From contig JAYTXL010000027.1 of the NCBI GenBank assembly GCA_043742955.1, positions 2,745 through 66,744 on the forward strand: a DNA stretch of 64,000 bases, read 5' to 3'. The notes below the pieces were generated by a model, which worked only from the letters and a program-made list of their open reading frames with translations, ran no database searches and was not told where the DNA came from. A program made the position numbers and the translations under genes. Shown one piece after another: positions 10,460-19,123 of this stretch. Position 1 is the stretch's first letter. Each line of letters begins with the position of its first letter. The stretch is from Verrucomicrobiota bacterium. Its GTDB lineage: Bacteria > Verrucomicrobiota > Verrucomicrobiia > Limisphaerales > JAYTXL01.

Positions 10460-12103
10460 ATGACTTTTCTGCCCATCGTTGATCGCGAACTGCGCGTGGC
10501 CGCGCGTCGTCGGGGTACCTACTGGACCCGAGTGCTCGCCGCGTTGGCCGCCGTGAGCATCAGCGCATGGTGGCTCCTGGTCATGGCTCGGCAGCCTTCG
10601 AATGTTATCGGGGAAGGCCTTTTTCAAGCCTTGTCCACGCTCGCCTTCAGCTACGCACTCCTGGCCGGGGTGCAAATCACGTCGGATTGCCTGAGCGAGG
10701 AGAAACGGGATGGCACGCTCGGCTTGCTCTTCCTTACCGATTTGAAGGGCTACGATGTCGTGCTGGGAAAACTGGCGGCCACCTCGATCAACGCCTGTTA
10801 CGGCATGGTGGCCATCTTTCCTGTGATGGCCATTCCGCTGTTGCTGGGCGGCGTCACGCCCGCCGAATTCTGGCGCGTTACTTTCGTCTGTCTGAATACG
10901 CTTTTTCTCTCCCTGGCTGCCGGCATGTTCGCGTCGGCCATCAGCCGCCAGGAGCGCAAGGCCATGGGGGCAACCTTTCTCTTTTTGCTGCTGCTCACGC
11001 TGGGCTTGCCCGTGCTGGCGGAATATCTCCATTACCGTCGCGTAATTCCCAACGACGAGCCAGCCTTTTTGCGAGCTTGTCCGCCGTACTCGCTCGCGCT
11101 GGCATTTGACCGAATGTTTCGCACCCAGGCGGCTGCTTTCTGGCAATCGCTGGCCACGGTTCACTTGCTCGGCTGGAGTTTTATTCTGCTGGCGAGCCGC
11201 ATCGTTCCGCTGACCTGGCAGGACCAGGCGGCTTCACCCCGCCGCGTCCGCTGGCGCGAGCGCTGGCAGCTTTGGAGTTTCGGCGATGCGCAGGAGCGGC
11301 GCGCTTTTCGCACCCGTTTACTGGAGGGGAATCCCATCCTCTGGCTCGCTGGCCGCGACCGCCTCAAGTATTCCTACGTCTGGGGTTTCCTGGGGGTTTG
11401 CGGCTGCCTCTGGTTGTGGGGTTGGATTAAAAATGGAGGCGCATGGCTGGACGAAGCTAATTTCATCTTCACCGCGTTCATGCTGCACACCGTGTTCAAG
11501 CTTTGGCTTACCTCGGAGGCCTGTCAGCGATTTCAGGAGGACCGGAATCTTGGCGCGCTCGAACTGCTGCTGTCCACGCCACTGAGCGTCAGCGAAATCA
11601 TCGGCGGGCAACTGCTCGCGTTGCAGCGCCAGTTCTCGGGAGCGGTCCTGGCGGTTTTGGCGGTGGACATTGTTTTGCTGTTCGCCTCGGTTCAAAAAGC
11701 GTCCCCGGACAACAAACACACGGTGGCCTTGATGTTCGTCGCCGGTATGACCATGTTCGTGCTCGACCTCGTGGTGCTGAGCTGGGTCGGTATGTGGCTC
11801 GGCCTAACCAGCAGGCGTGCCAACCGGGCCTTCACGGGCACGATTGTTCGGGTGCTGTTTCTCCCCTGGCTCGTGTTTGGCCTCCTCATGATGGGGCTGG
11901 GTATCCTGGAACAAATGAACCGGATCCGGCTATTCCGCCTGTTGGAGGCGGAGCCCCGGTCCTTGCTCGAACTCGGCCTCTGGTTCGGGGTATCGCTATT
12001 GCTGGCCTTAGCTTTCGGTTCCCTGGCCTGCTGGCGGCTGCACCGGCAATTCCGCAGCCGGGCCATGGATCGCTATTCCCCCGCCACCCGGGGTCGGGGA
12101 TGA
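10460..12103 (+). CDS. ABC-2-type permease, internally duplicated (paralog 3)
   Basis: 547 aa, collinear with paralog 1 (MTFLPIVDRELRVAARRRGTY..., CLSEEKRDGTLGLLFLTDLKGYDVVLGKL, NLGALELLLSTPLSVSEIIGGQLLA). Confidence 0.8.
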   Translation: MTFLPIVDRELRVAARRRGTYWTRVLAALAAVSISAWWLLVMARQPSNVIGEGLFQALSTLAFSYALLAGVQITSDCLSEEKRDGTLGLLFLTDLKGYDVVLGKLAATSINACYGMVAIFPVMAIPLLLGGVTPAEFWRVTFVCLNTLFLSLAAGMFASAISRQERKAMGATFLFLLLLTLGLPVLAEYLHYRRVIPNDEPAFLRACPPYSLALAFDRMFRTQAAAFWQSLATVHLLGWSFILLASRIVPLTWQDQAASPRRVRWRERWQLWSFGDAQERRAFRTRLLEGNPILWLAGRDRLKYSYVWGFLGVCGCLWLWGWIKNGGAWLDEANFIFTAFMLHTVFKLWLTSEACQRFQEDRNLGALELLLSTPLSVSEIIGGQLLALQRQFSGAVLAVLAVDIVLLFASVQKASPDNKHTVALMFVAGMTMFVLDLVVLSWVGMWLGLTSRRANRAFTGTIVRVLFLPWLVFGLLMMGLGILEQMNRIRLFRLLEAEPRSLLELGLWFGVSLLLALAFGSLACWRLHRQFRSRAMDRYSPATRGRG

Positions 12104-12150
12104 TTTTGGAAACCTCGGCCAGCAGAGCAGCGCCGGGAAGCGACTGGGCC

Positions 12151-12369
12151 TCAGCGGTGGCGGAAAGTAATGCGGGCTTTGCCAAAATCGTACGGGGACA
12201 TGGCAACCTCCACCTTGTCACCCACACTGATTCGGATGTAGTTCTTCCGCATTTTTCCGGAGATATGGGCGAGGACTTCATGGCCGTTGGGAAGGCCGAC
12301 GCGAAACATGGTGCCGGGCAATACCTGGGTCACCGTGCCGGAGAGTTCAATGGCTTCTTCTTTAGACAT
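12151..12369 (-). CDS. infA: Translation initiation factor IF-1
   Basis: [72 protein letters not shown] is a canonical 72-aa IF-1 S1-fold sequence. The track ORF start at 12396 is 9 codons too long. Confidence 0.95.
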   Translation of the reverse strand: MSKEEAIELSGTVTQVLPGTMFRVGLPNGHEVLAHISGKMRKNYIRISVGDKVEVAMSPYDFGKARITFRHR

Positions 12370-12566
12370 GCCAGTAAAAAATACGCTCACGGACATTGTC
12401 CACGGTGACCTGGGAAATCAAGCCGAATTCGGACCCTGTGGGGGCACTTGAGCGGCGTGGAAAGTTACTGGTTTGAGGGCGGGGACGAGGGGCACCGCCC
12501 AAAGTCACAGTTTCTGCTTTCAACGCGCGGCCAATTGGCGTTTATTCGCGCCGGACTTTTGAATTT

Positions 12567-13796
12567 ATGAAAATTATATTAGCTTACTCAGGCGGTCTTG
12601 ATACGTCGGTTCTCATGTCGTGGATCAAGGAAAAATACCACGCGGAGATGATTGGCTTCTGTGCCGATATTGGGCAGGAGGAGGAACTCGACGGTCTTGA
12701 AAAGAAGGCCCTCAAGACGGGCGCCTCCAAAATCTACATTGACAATTTGCAGGAAGAATTTGCCCGCGATTTTATTTATCCCATGATCCGGGCCGGGGCG
12801 ATTTACGAGGGACAATATTTCCTCGGCACGAGCATCGCCCGGCCGCTCATTGCCAAGCGGATGGTGGAGATCGCAAAGCAAGAAAACGCCGATGCCATTG
12901 CCCACGGGGCCACGGGCAAGGGCAACGACCAAGTCCGTTTCGAGCTTACGGCGGCCGCGCTCGCTCCCGACTTGCAGGTCATCGCTCCGTGGCGCGACGA
13001 GCGGTATCGCCGGGAATTTCCCGGCCGCCAGGAGATGATTGACTACTGCGCCACGCACAAGATTCCCGTGCAGGCCAGTGCCAAGAAGCCGTATTCAATG
13101 GACCGCAACCTCCTGCACATCTCCTACGAGGCCGGCATTCTCGAAGACCCATGGTTTGATGCTGGCGATCTGAAGAATCGTGACTACTTCACCACGCTTT
13201 CGGTGTTTCCGGAAGATGCGCCGGATAAGCCTGAGTTCGTCGAACTCGATTTCGTGAAAGGGGATTGCGTTGCGGTCAACGGCAAAAAATTGAATCCGCT
13301 GGGCGTGATGAAGGCCTTGAACAAGCTTGGTGGCAAGCACGGCGTGGGCCGTGTGGACATGGTGGAGAATCGTTTCGTCGGCATGAAATCGCGCGGCGTG
13401 TATGAGACGCCCGGCGGCGCGATCCTGCATTTCGCGCATCGCCAGATGGAGTCGCTCACGATGGATCGTGAGGTCATGCACCAGCGCGATGCGCTCATCC
13501 CCAAGTATGCCGAACTCGTCTATAACGGCTTCTGGTATGCGCCCGAACGTTACGCGCTCCAGGCCTACGTCGAGGAATCGCAGAAGAACGTCACCGGCAC
13601 GGTGCGGGTGAAACTGTACAAGGGCAACCTCATGGTCGCCGGTCGCAAGTCCAAGGTCAGTCTCTACAATCCGCACATCGCCACGATGGAAGCCGACCCG
13701 ACCAAGGCTTACAACCAGGACGACGCCACCGGCTTCATCCGCCTGAACGGCCTGCGCCTGAAAGTCGCGGCCAAGGTGCATGGAAAGAAGAAGTGA
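12567..13796 (+). CDS. argG: Argininosuccinate synthase
   Basis: [15 protein letters not shown] (N-type ATP pyrophosphatase motif), a 409-aa length and collinear ArgG motifs ([31 protein letters not shown]). Confidence 0.97.
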   Translation: MKIILAYSGGLDTSVLMSWIKEKYHAEMIGFCADIGQEEELDGLEKKALKTGASKIYIDNLQEEFARDFIYPMIRAGAIYEGQYFLGTSIARPLIAKRMVEIAKQENADAIAHGATGKGNDQVRFELTAAALAPDLQVIAPWRDERYRREFPGRQEMIDYCATHKIPVQASAKKPYSMDRNLLHISYEAGILEDPWFDAGDLKNRDYFTTLSVFPEDAPDKPEFVELDFVKGDCVAVNGKKLNPLGVMKALNKLGGKHGVGRVDMVENRFVGMKSRGVYETPGGAILHFAHRQMESLTMDREVMHQRDALIPKYAELVYNGFWYAPERYALQAYVEESQKNVTGTVRVKLYKGNLMVAGRKSKVSLYNPHIATMEADPTKAYNQDDATGFIRLNGLRLKVAAKVHGKKK

Positions 13797-14006
13797 AACG
13801 CGAACAAACTTGAGGTCATAAATTCGCAGCTGAGGGAGCCACGGGCGATGGCATGTTGAAGCATCGCATCATGCTCCGTTCGCTTGGCATGTTGCTGGGC
13901 CTGCACTCTTTTCCGGCGGGGCTCGACGCCACCTTTGTCGTCACCATAAATGCCGGAGCCGAAGAGGATTCGCTTGGTCAGCCGTGGCCGGGACGGGCGG
14001 CGCAAG

Positions 14007-14801
14007 TCAGGGCAGCTTGCTGTGGGTGCCGTCGCAGAACGGCGGGTTTTGGCTGTATTTGCAGGCGCACCAAGCGACGTGCTGAGTCTCGGAGATCTCG
14101 ACCTGCCGGGGATTGATCCCGGTGCCTTGGTGTGAGCCGTCGCAGTAGGGCTGGTTTTTGGAGCGGCCACAGGCACACCACCAATAGCTGCCGGGGAGGA
14201 GTGTTTCCATCATCGGCCGCTTTTGGCAGATGACCGGAGGTTCGATTGGCGCTTCGATTGGCACCGAGGATTCGGCGGGCGCTGGCACGGTCTCGGGCGT
14301 AATTTCTGCGGGCACCGGATCCGTTGCATCCATCTTGCGGAAGAGAGCGCCCGCGTCGGTGACATTCAAGTCAGTCAGGTCAAAGACCACGCCTGGGGCG
14401 CGTTGTTGGGCGATCTGGAGTTGATTAGCCACGCTTTGGATGGTGGCGGCCGCGTAATGTTTGATCAACCCGACACTCAGGCTGGAGCTGAAAAGAATGA
14501 CCAGAATACAATGCTCCTCGATGTTCATGATCAAGGTGCTGATTTTTTCACCCTGTTGGAACATCCCGGTGAAGTTTGGCTCATCACTCAGGCTGGCCAT
14601 GAATTGCGTGGCCGCGAAGGAATTCGCCGCCAGCGTCGCCAGTTGGTCGGCCCCGCCGTGGACGGTGCCGCATTGGTGAATCAAATGTCCCGCCTTTTCG
14701 ACAATCAAAACCATGCTGGCCTCACTCTTAGCCAGCAGGGCATTCAGGGCTTCGTCGAATTTCTGGAAATCATCATGGGTCAACTGAGGGAAATTGGCCA
14801 T
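14007..14801 (-). CDS. MglB-like Roadblock/LC7 protein fused to a C-terminal double CDGSH iron-sulfur domain
   Basis: Residues 1-135 have an MglB/Roadblock-like pattern (SMVLIVEKAGHLIHQCG...HCILVILFSSSLSVGLIK). A Pro/Glu-rich linker follows, then two CDGSH motifs: CACGRSKNQPYCDGSH and CACKYSQNPPFCDGTH. The start lies 1 nt after the mglA stop. Confidence 0.85.
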   Translation of the reverse strand: MANFPQLTHDDFQKFDEALNALLAKSEASMVLIVEKAGHLIHQCGTVHGGADQLATLAANSFAATQFMASLSDEPNFTGMFQQGEKISTLIMNIEEHCILVILFSSSLSVGLIKHYAAATIQSVANQLQIAQQRAPGVVFDLTDLNVTDAGALFRKMDATDPVPAEITPETVPAPAESSVPIEAPIEPPVICQKRPMMETLLPGSYWWCACGRSKNQPYCDGSHQGTGINPRQVEISETQHVAWCACKYSQNPPFCDGTHSKLP

Positions 14802-14802
14802 A

Positions 14803-15420
14803 TCAGGACGACTTTCGCCCGGATTCGTTGATGAACTTATGGAGCAGGAGACGGGTGATCATGTTGAGCGTTTCAAAAACGCCCTCGCTCTTGGAAGCGG
14901 TGGCCACAAAGGAAGGGACCTGAACTTCGCGATTATTCAGAAGGTAATCCATGAATTCTACCGGCGCGGGATTTGGCATGTCCCGTTTGTTGTATTGCAA
15001 GACGTAGGGAATGTCGGCGAGGTTCAACTTAAGGGTTTTAAGGTTGTCCTCGAGGTTCGCAAAACTCTCCACGTTCTCGGCCATCTTGTCGTATTGGGAA
15101 TCCGCCACGAAGACAATGCCATCGACCCCCCGGAGCACGAGTTGTCGGGTGGTGTTGTAGATGACTTGGCCGGGCACAGTGTAGAGTTGGAATTTGGTTT
15201 TGAAGCCTTTGATCGCCATTGCTTCCAACGGGAAAAAGTCGAAGAACAAGGTGCGGTCGGAACTGGTCGCCAGGGACACCATTTTGCCTTTTTCTTCTGG
15301 CTTGCTGGTCTGAATGTTTGCGTGAACCTGCTCCAAATTGGTGGTTTTGCCGCATTTTGCCGGGCCATAATACACGATCTTGACCTGCAGTTCTTTGGTT
15401 GCCTGATTGATGATCGCCAT
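14803..15420 (-). CDS. mglA: MglA-family Ras-like small GTPase
   Basis: KIVYYGPAKCGKTTNL (P-loop), DRTLFFDFFPLE and LYTVPGQV are near-identical to the Myxococcus MglA motifs as I remember them, including the intrinsic Arg and the catalytic Gln of PGQ. NKRD is the G4 motif. Confidence 0.9.
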   Translation of the reverse strand: MAIINQATKELQVKIVYYGPAKCGKTTNLEQVHANIQTSKPEEKGKMVSLATSSDRTLFFDFFPLEAMAIKGFKTKFQLYTVPGQVIYNTTRQLVLRGVDGIVFVADSQYDKMAENVESFANLEDNLKTLKLNLADIPYVLQYNKRDMPNPAPVEFMDYLLNNREVQVPSFVATASKSEGVFETLNMITRLLLHKFINESGRKSS

Positions 15421-15430
15421 AGGTTTTGAT

Positions 15431-17137
15431 TTACTGTTTGTTTTGACGTCCGATCTCTGCGGCTATTGGGTTTATTTGGGCCGAAGGCAAGCTTTCTCCG
15501 GCGCGGGCCACCACGGCTAAAAACAGGTTTCCGGTTTTGCTGAGTTGCCAGGTCACATTGTCCACGACGAAGGTCAGCACGCTGAGCTCACCCAGGTTCA
15601 TTTCCTTGGAGTTTTGGCTGAGACGGCCAAATATTTGCGGTAAAAATGCCGCGACGGTTTCGGCTTTGATCGGGGGCGGTAATTGTTGCGCGACCACAAA
15701 TCCATCCTGCGATACGAGCACGGCACCTGCCACTCCGGGCAGCCCGCATAGCTTTTGAACGGATTGGTTCGGAGTTATCGGAGGTGCCGGCGGCGGCGGT
15801 GGTGCGGCGGGAGCGGGCGGCGGCGGAACCGGGGTTGGGTCGGCGGCAGTCGGAGGTGCCGGTGGGGCTGGGACCTTCTTGCTGCCGGGGGCGAACATGT
15901 CCGGAATGTTTTCGTCAAAGTTGGCTTTGCGTTGGGCCTTAGCCGGTTGACTCAAGGCCATGAAGAGCGGCACGATTACGGCCGATGGTAACGTGAGCGC
16001 AGCGGCATCCTCGGGGGAACTGGCCGTTATTGGTGCGGGTCTGATCCAACCTCGAAGTTGTTTCCAAGTGAAAACAATTCTGCCCGAGCGAACCGCCGTG
16101 CCCAAGTCGGCGGCGGGCAAAGAAAGCGTTGAATCCGGTTTTAAAGATTTCAACTCGGCCTGCACTGCCTCGGGCCAACCCTTGCTTACTTCCGCCAGCG
16201 GAATGTTCAATTCGCCCACATCCGCTGTGGGTGCTGCCGGCACCGCAGGGGGCGCCGGTGTGGGTGGTTTTGGTGCCGTCGGCGGAGCCGCCGGTGCGGG
16301 CGGTTTCGGGACCGTGGTTGAGGGTGAGGGCGCGGGCGGCTTTGGCACCGCCGGCGGGGGAGGTGTCGGTGGCTTGGGAGCGGGCGGTTTTGGCGGTGCC
16401 GAAGCGGACGTCATCATTTCCCGGAGGGCCGGCGAGATCGCAATGGCGGAAGGAGATGCGGGCGGCTTGGGAGCGGGCGGAGGCGCGGGAGGCGCGGGAG
16501 GCGCGGGAGTTGGGGCGGGCCCCTTGGAGGTGGCTGTTTCCGCAGTTGGGGCGTTTGGTTTTACTGTCGTCGGTTGGGGCGCTGCGGGGGCAGGGGAGGT
16601 GGGCGCGTGGGTCGTCGGGGGCGCGGTTGGCATTTCACCCTTATGGAACAGACCGGTGACGTCATCCGGTACCGCCACCATTTTTTGGGAGGCCCGCCGT
16701 TTCAAGAGCGCGGGGTCAATTGACGCCCTGACCTCGCCCAACGGAAGGATTACCGATGTCTGGTCGAGGCTCGCATCATCGGAGAATACTCCTGGCGGCG
16801 CCGATTTGCGCAATGACCCGAAGGTAACCTTCACTTTACCCGAAGGCATCTGTTCGAGGATGGTCTGGGTGGATACTTGGACCATTACCTTACCACCGGG
16901 ATCGGACTTCACCGACCCTTTTAATTCCGCCGGAAAACTGGCTACAATGGCTTCCAAATGAAGGGCGGTGGTTTCCACTGACACGGGGGCCGCAGGAGAA
17001 GCTGGTTTGGCCGGCGCCGGTTGGGCGCCGGCGGGGGCAGCAGATTTGCTGGGCGGGGCGGCGGGGGCAGCCGCTGGAGCCGGTGCGGGTTGCTTGTCGT
17101 CACTTTTGCCAAAAAGGTTTTTAAAGAATCCAAGCAT
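15431..17137 (-). CDS. Proline-rich scaffold-like protein with C-terminal Roadblock/LC7-like domain
   Basis: 568 aa. The N-terminus is MLGFFKNLFGK. There are long PAPxP tracts and two copies of an ~85-aa module (FPAELKGSVKS...VILPLGEV and WPEAVQAELKS...LTLPSAVIVPLF). The C-terminus LPGVAGAVLVSQDGFVVAQQLP...LSVLTFVVDNVTWQLSKTGNLFLAVVA is Roadblock-like. The gene ends 10 nt before mglA. Confidence 0.75.
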   Translation of the reverse strand: MLGFFKNLFGKSDDKQPAPAPAAAPAAPPSKSAAPAGAQPAPAKPASPAAPVSVETTALHLEAIVASFPAELKGSVKSDPGGKVMVQVSTQTILEQMPSGKVKVTFGSLRKSAPPGVFSDDASLDQTSVILPLGEVRASIDPALLKRRASQKMVAVPDDVTGLFHKGEMPTAPPTTHAPTSPAPAAPQPTTVKPNAPTAETATSKGPAPTPAPPAPPAPPPAPKPPASPSAIAISPALREMMTSASAPPKPPAPKPPTPPPPAVPKPPAPSPSTTVPKPPAPAAPPTAPKPPTPAPPAVPAAPTADVGELNIPLAEVSKGWPEAVQAELKSLKPDSTLSLPAADLGTAVRSGRIVFTWKQLRGWIRPAPITASSPEDAAALTLPSAVIVPLFMALSQPAKAQRKANFDENIPDMFAPGSKKVPAPPAPPTAADPTPVPPPPAPAAPPPPPAPPITPNQSVQKLCGLPGVAGAVLVSQDGFVVAQQLPPPIKAETVAAFLPQIFGRLSQNSKEMNLGELSVLTFVVDNVTWQLSKTGNLFLAVVARAGESLPSAQINPIAAEIGRQNKQ

Positions 17138-17263
17138 TGGGTCAGTTAGTTAGGTTTCCTTGAGTCGTGGTACTATTCGCCAATACAATATTTTGAGCGC
17201 TTGCCTTTTCTGGACTAAAACTATTTGATTGGCAAGGAAGAACAATTACGTTTCTGACGAATT
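17138..17263. promoter_or_regulatory. Divergent promoter region between the two polarity-module operons
   Basis: 126-nt spacer that is AT-rich relative to its surroundings (..caatacaatattttgagcgc..aaaactatttgattggcaagg..), lying between divergently oriented genes. No specific -35/-10 boxes are asserted. Confidence 0.3.
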
Positions 17264-18340
17264 ATGTCTGGGCCCCACAAGCTATTGGTTTTGGACGATG
17301 AGCAGGACTTGCTGGAAATGTACCGCGAGATTCTTTCCCGTCTGCCGAGCCAACCCCAAATTCACACGGCCAACTCTGGGGCCCGGGCCCTGGCCTTGTT
17401 GGAATCCGAGCCATTTTCCCTGCTGCTGACCGATCTAAACATGCCCGGCATGGACGGTTTTCAGGTGCTCACCATCGCCCGACGTAAATATCCTTCCATG
17501 CGCACGGTGGTCATGACGGCGGTGGCGGACGACCAGTTTCGGGCGCGGGCCTATGCGATGGGCATCGACCTGTTTGTTTTGAAGCCGAAGTCCAGCCAGG
17601 AGATTGACCTGTTTGTGGACTGCATTGATTCCTTGCTGAACCGGGAACAGTTGGGCGGTTTCCGTGGTGTCCAGAGCAAGAGTTTGGTGGATATCATCCA
17701 GTTGGAATGTTTGTCGCAAGCCTCCTCCGTGCTCAAAATCACCAACGGCGCGGTGGAGGCAAAAATCTGGATTTTGAATGGCGAACTGATTGATGCCACG
17801 GTGGGCGAATCGATGGGGGAGGAGGCTTTCATGAAAATTCTTACCTGGAAGACGGGTAATTTTGAAAGCCTGCCGGCCGAACCTGGCCGTCCGCGCGCCA
17901 TCATGAATTCGTACCAAGGCCTCCTGCTGGACTCGGCGCAAAGCATGGATGAGTCGGACGCCAAGGACAAACCCGGTGAGCCGATGCCGGAGGACGGCAA
18001 CGCCGCCCCGGGCTCGCGGCTCGCCAAACTGGCCAGTTTTAGCGGGGTCGAGTTTGTCCTCAGCGTGGCCACCGCCGACAAGAAGAAATATGAGCAGTGG
18101 GGGGTGCAGGACGCCGACGCAGTCGCCGCCTGGACGCAGGCGACGGCGGCTAATTTTCGCGCGCTGGGGGAGCGGTTGAAAGCTGGACAATTGAACCAGA
18201 TCGAAGCCCTTGGTTCCCAGCATCATCTCGCGCTGATCGCCCACCCGGAGAAGGATTTGTGCGTTGGCTTTCAACGGGCGCTCACGCACAGTCAGGTGCA
18301 GGAAACAATGAAACATATTCAAACCAAATGGGTTTCCTAA
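17264..18340 (+). CDS. Response regulator: REC domain + DUF4388 (PATAN-associated) domain + C-terminal Roadblock-like region
   Basis: REC motifs LLVLDDEQD, LLLTDLNMPGMDG (phospho-acceptor Asp) and VLKPKS. The DUF4388 pattern is LVDIIQLECLSQASSVLKITNGAVEAKIWILNGELIDATVGESMGEEAFMKILTWKTGNFE. The C-terminal ~110 aa look weakly Roadblock-like. Confidence 0.85.
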   Translation: MSGPHKLLVLDDEQDLLEMYREILSRLPSQPQIHTANSGARALALLESEPFSLLLTDLNMPGMDGFQVLTIARRKYPSMRTVVMTAVADDQFRARAYAMGIDLFVLKPKSSQEIDLFVDCIDSLLNREQLGGFRGVQSKSLVDIIQLECLSQASSVLKITNGAVEAKIWILNGELIDATVGESMGEEAFMKILTWKTGNFESLPAEPGRPRAIMNSYQGLLLDSAQSMDESDAKDKPGEPMPEDGNAAPGSRLAKLASFSGVEFVLSVATADKKKYEQWGVQDADAVAAWTQATAANFRALGERLKAGQLNQIEALGSQHHLALIAHPEKDLCVGFQRALTHSQVQETMKHIQTKWVS

Positions 18341-18621
18341 ATCTTTTTTCCAAACCGGTTGAAGCCGGCCTGGTCCGTTTGCCCAAAGGGAGCTTTACGG
18401 TTGATCCGACCGGAAGAATCCTTTCGCAGACATTGCCGCAGTCTTTTCCTGAGGCGCACGCGAAGGAAATCGGGCGGGTCGTGCTGACGACCTTCAAGTC
18501 GGCAAAGGAATTAAATCTGCCGTTGCGGGAAATCTTCATTCATTTCGCCGGATTAAAATTGACCGCGAAGGAATTGCGCGGCGGGGCGATGATTTTTCTT
18601 GCACCCCTTTCGGTCAAATGA
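18328..18621 (+). CDS. Small protein (97 aa) of unknown function, possibly Roadblock-like
   Basis: The ATG at 18328 overlaps the end of the REC gene (stop at 18338-18340). Its N-terminus MGFLNLFSKP echoes the MLGFFKNLFGK of the Pro-rich protein. Confidence 0.5.
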   Translation: MGFLNLFSKPVEAGLVRLPKGSFTVDPTGRILSQTLPQSFPEAHAKEIGRVVLTTFKSAKELNLPLREIFIHFAGLKLTAKELRGGAMIFLAPLSVK

Positions 18622-18656
18622 GATCAAGCCCCAGCCGAAGTTAATCAAATTTGCCT

Positions 18657-19061
18657 ATGGATAAAAAGACCCTGGATCAACTCGTGAGCCAATTGGAGAA
18701 CTTCGTTGAGTGCTGGAAGCAGTTCAACAACTACGTGGCCATGGCGCGGACGAAGAAATTCACGCAGGACGATGAAATTCAGTTTCTGGAAATCAAGAGC
18801 GTGATTATCCAGGAGTTGGAAATGATTATTGGGGCCATTGAACAGGGCGGCCCCAACAAGGATGAAATTCACGCGCTCATTTGCGCCGCGCCGTCCATTC
18901 GCTACGTGAGCGAGCTTCAGGAGGGTTCGGTGCGTGCCATCGAGACGAACTGGCACAAAGTTTTTCTCGGCATCCAGGCGTTGGTGGGCCAGCTCAAGGT
19001 CGCCCAAAAAAATGCCGCCGGAGAGTCGATCTGGAGTTCCATGTTCGGCCGGAAGAAGTAG
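18657..19061 (+). CDS. Hypothetical helical protein (134 aa)
   Basis: ORF 18651..19061, with the first ATG at 18657 (MDKKTLDQLVSQLENFVECWKQF...). It is on the same strand as, and close to, the preceding genes. I recognise no motif. Confidence 0.5.
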   Translation: MDKKTLDQLVSQLENFVECWKQFNNYVAMARTKKFTQDDEIQFLEIKSVIIQELEMIIGAIEQGGPNKDEIHALICAAPSIRYVSELQEGSVRAIETNWHKVFLGIQALVGQLKVAQKNAAGESIWSSMFGRKK

Positions 19062-19123
19062 GCCCGGGTCCGCTCCGCGGGCGAAGGTTCTGCGGCGCGC
19101 GACCCGGCTGGTATGCGTCGTCT

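Noticed and set aside
10271-11164. 297-aa minus-strand ORF over permease paralog 3
   Set aside because: It is antisense to a conserved paralogous membrane protein, has no recognisable motif and has arginine/glycine-rich composition.
11503-12408. 301-aa plus-strand ORF running from permease 3 across infA
   Set aside because: It is out of frame with the permease and antisense to the canonical infA, and its composition is Gly/Arg/Ala-rich.
12397-12566. tRNA, small RNA or CRISPR in the larger intergenic spacers (also 22997-23138, 25450-25616, 45531-45759, 47023-47187, 49590-49902)
   Set aside because: I found no cloverleaf-compatible acceptor/T-arm pairing, no regularly spaced direct repeats and no rRNA-like conserved blocks. 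None can be supported without a covariance-model search.
15960-16961. 333-aa glycine/alanine-rich plus-strand ORF
   Set aside because: It is the mirror image of the proline-rich region (CCN codons read as GGN on the other strand). The minus-strand frame has structured N- and C-terminal domains and operon coupling to mglA.
19062-19123. Bidirectional terminator between convergent genes (ccgggtc...gacccgg)
   Set aside because: The outer stem is only 7 bp around a ~30-nt GC-rich interior and has no T/A tracts on either side. This is too weak to call.
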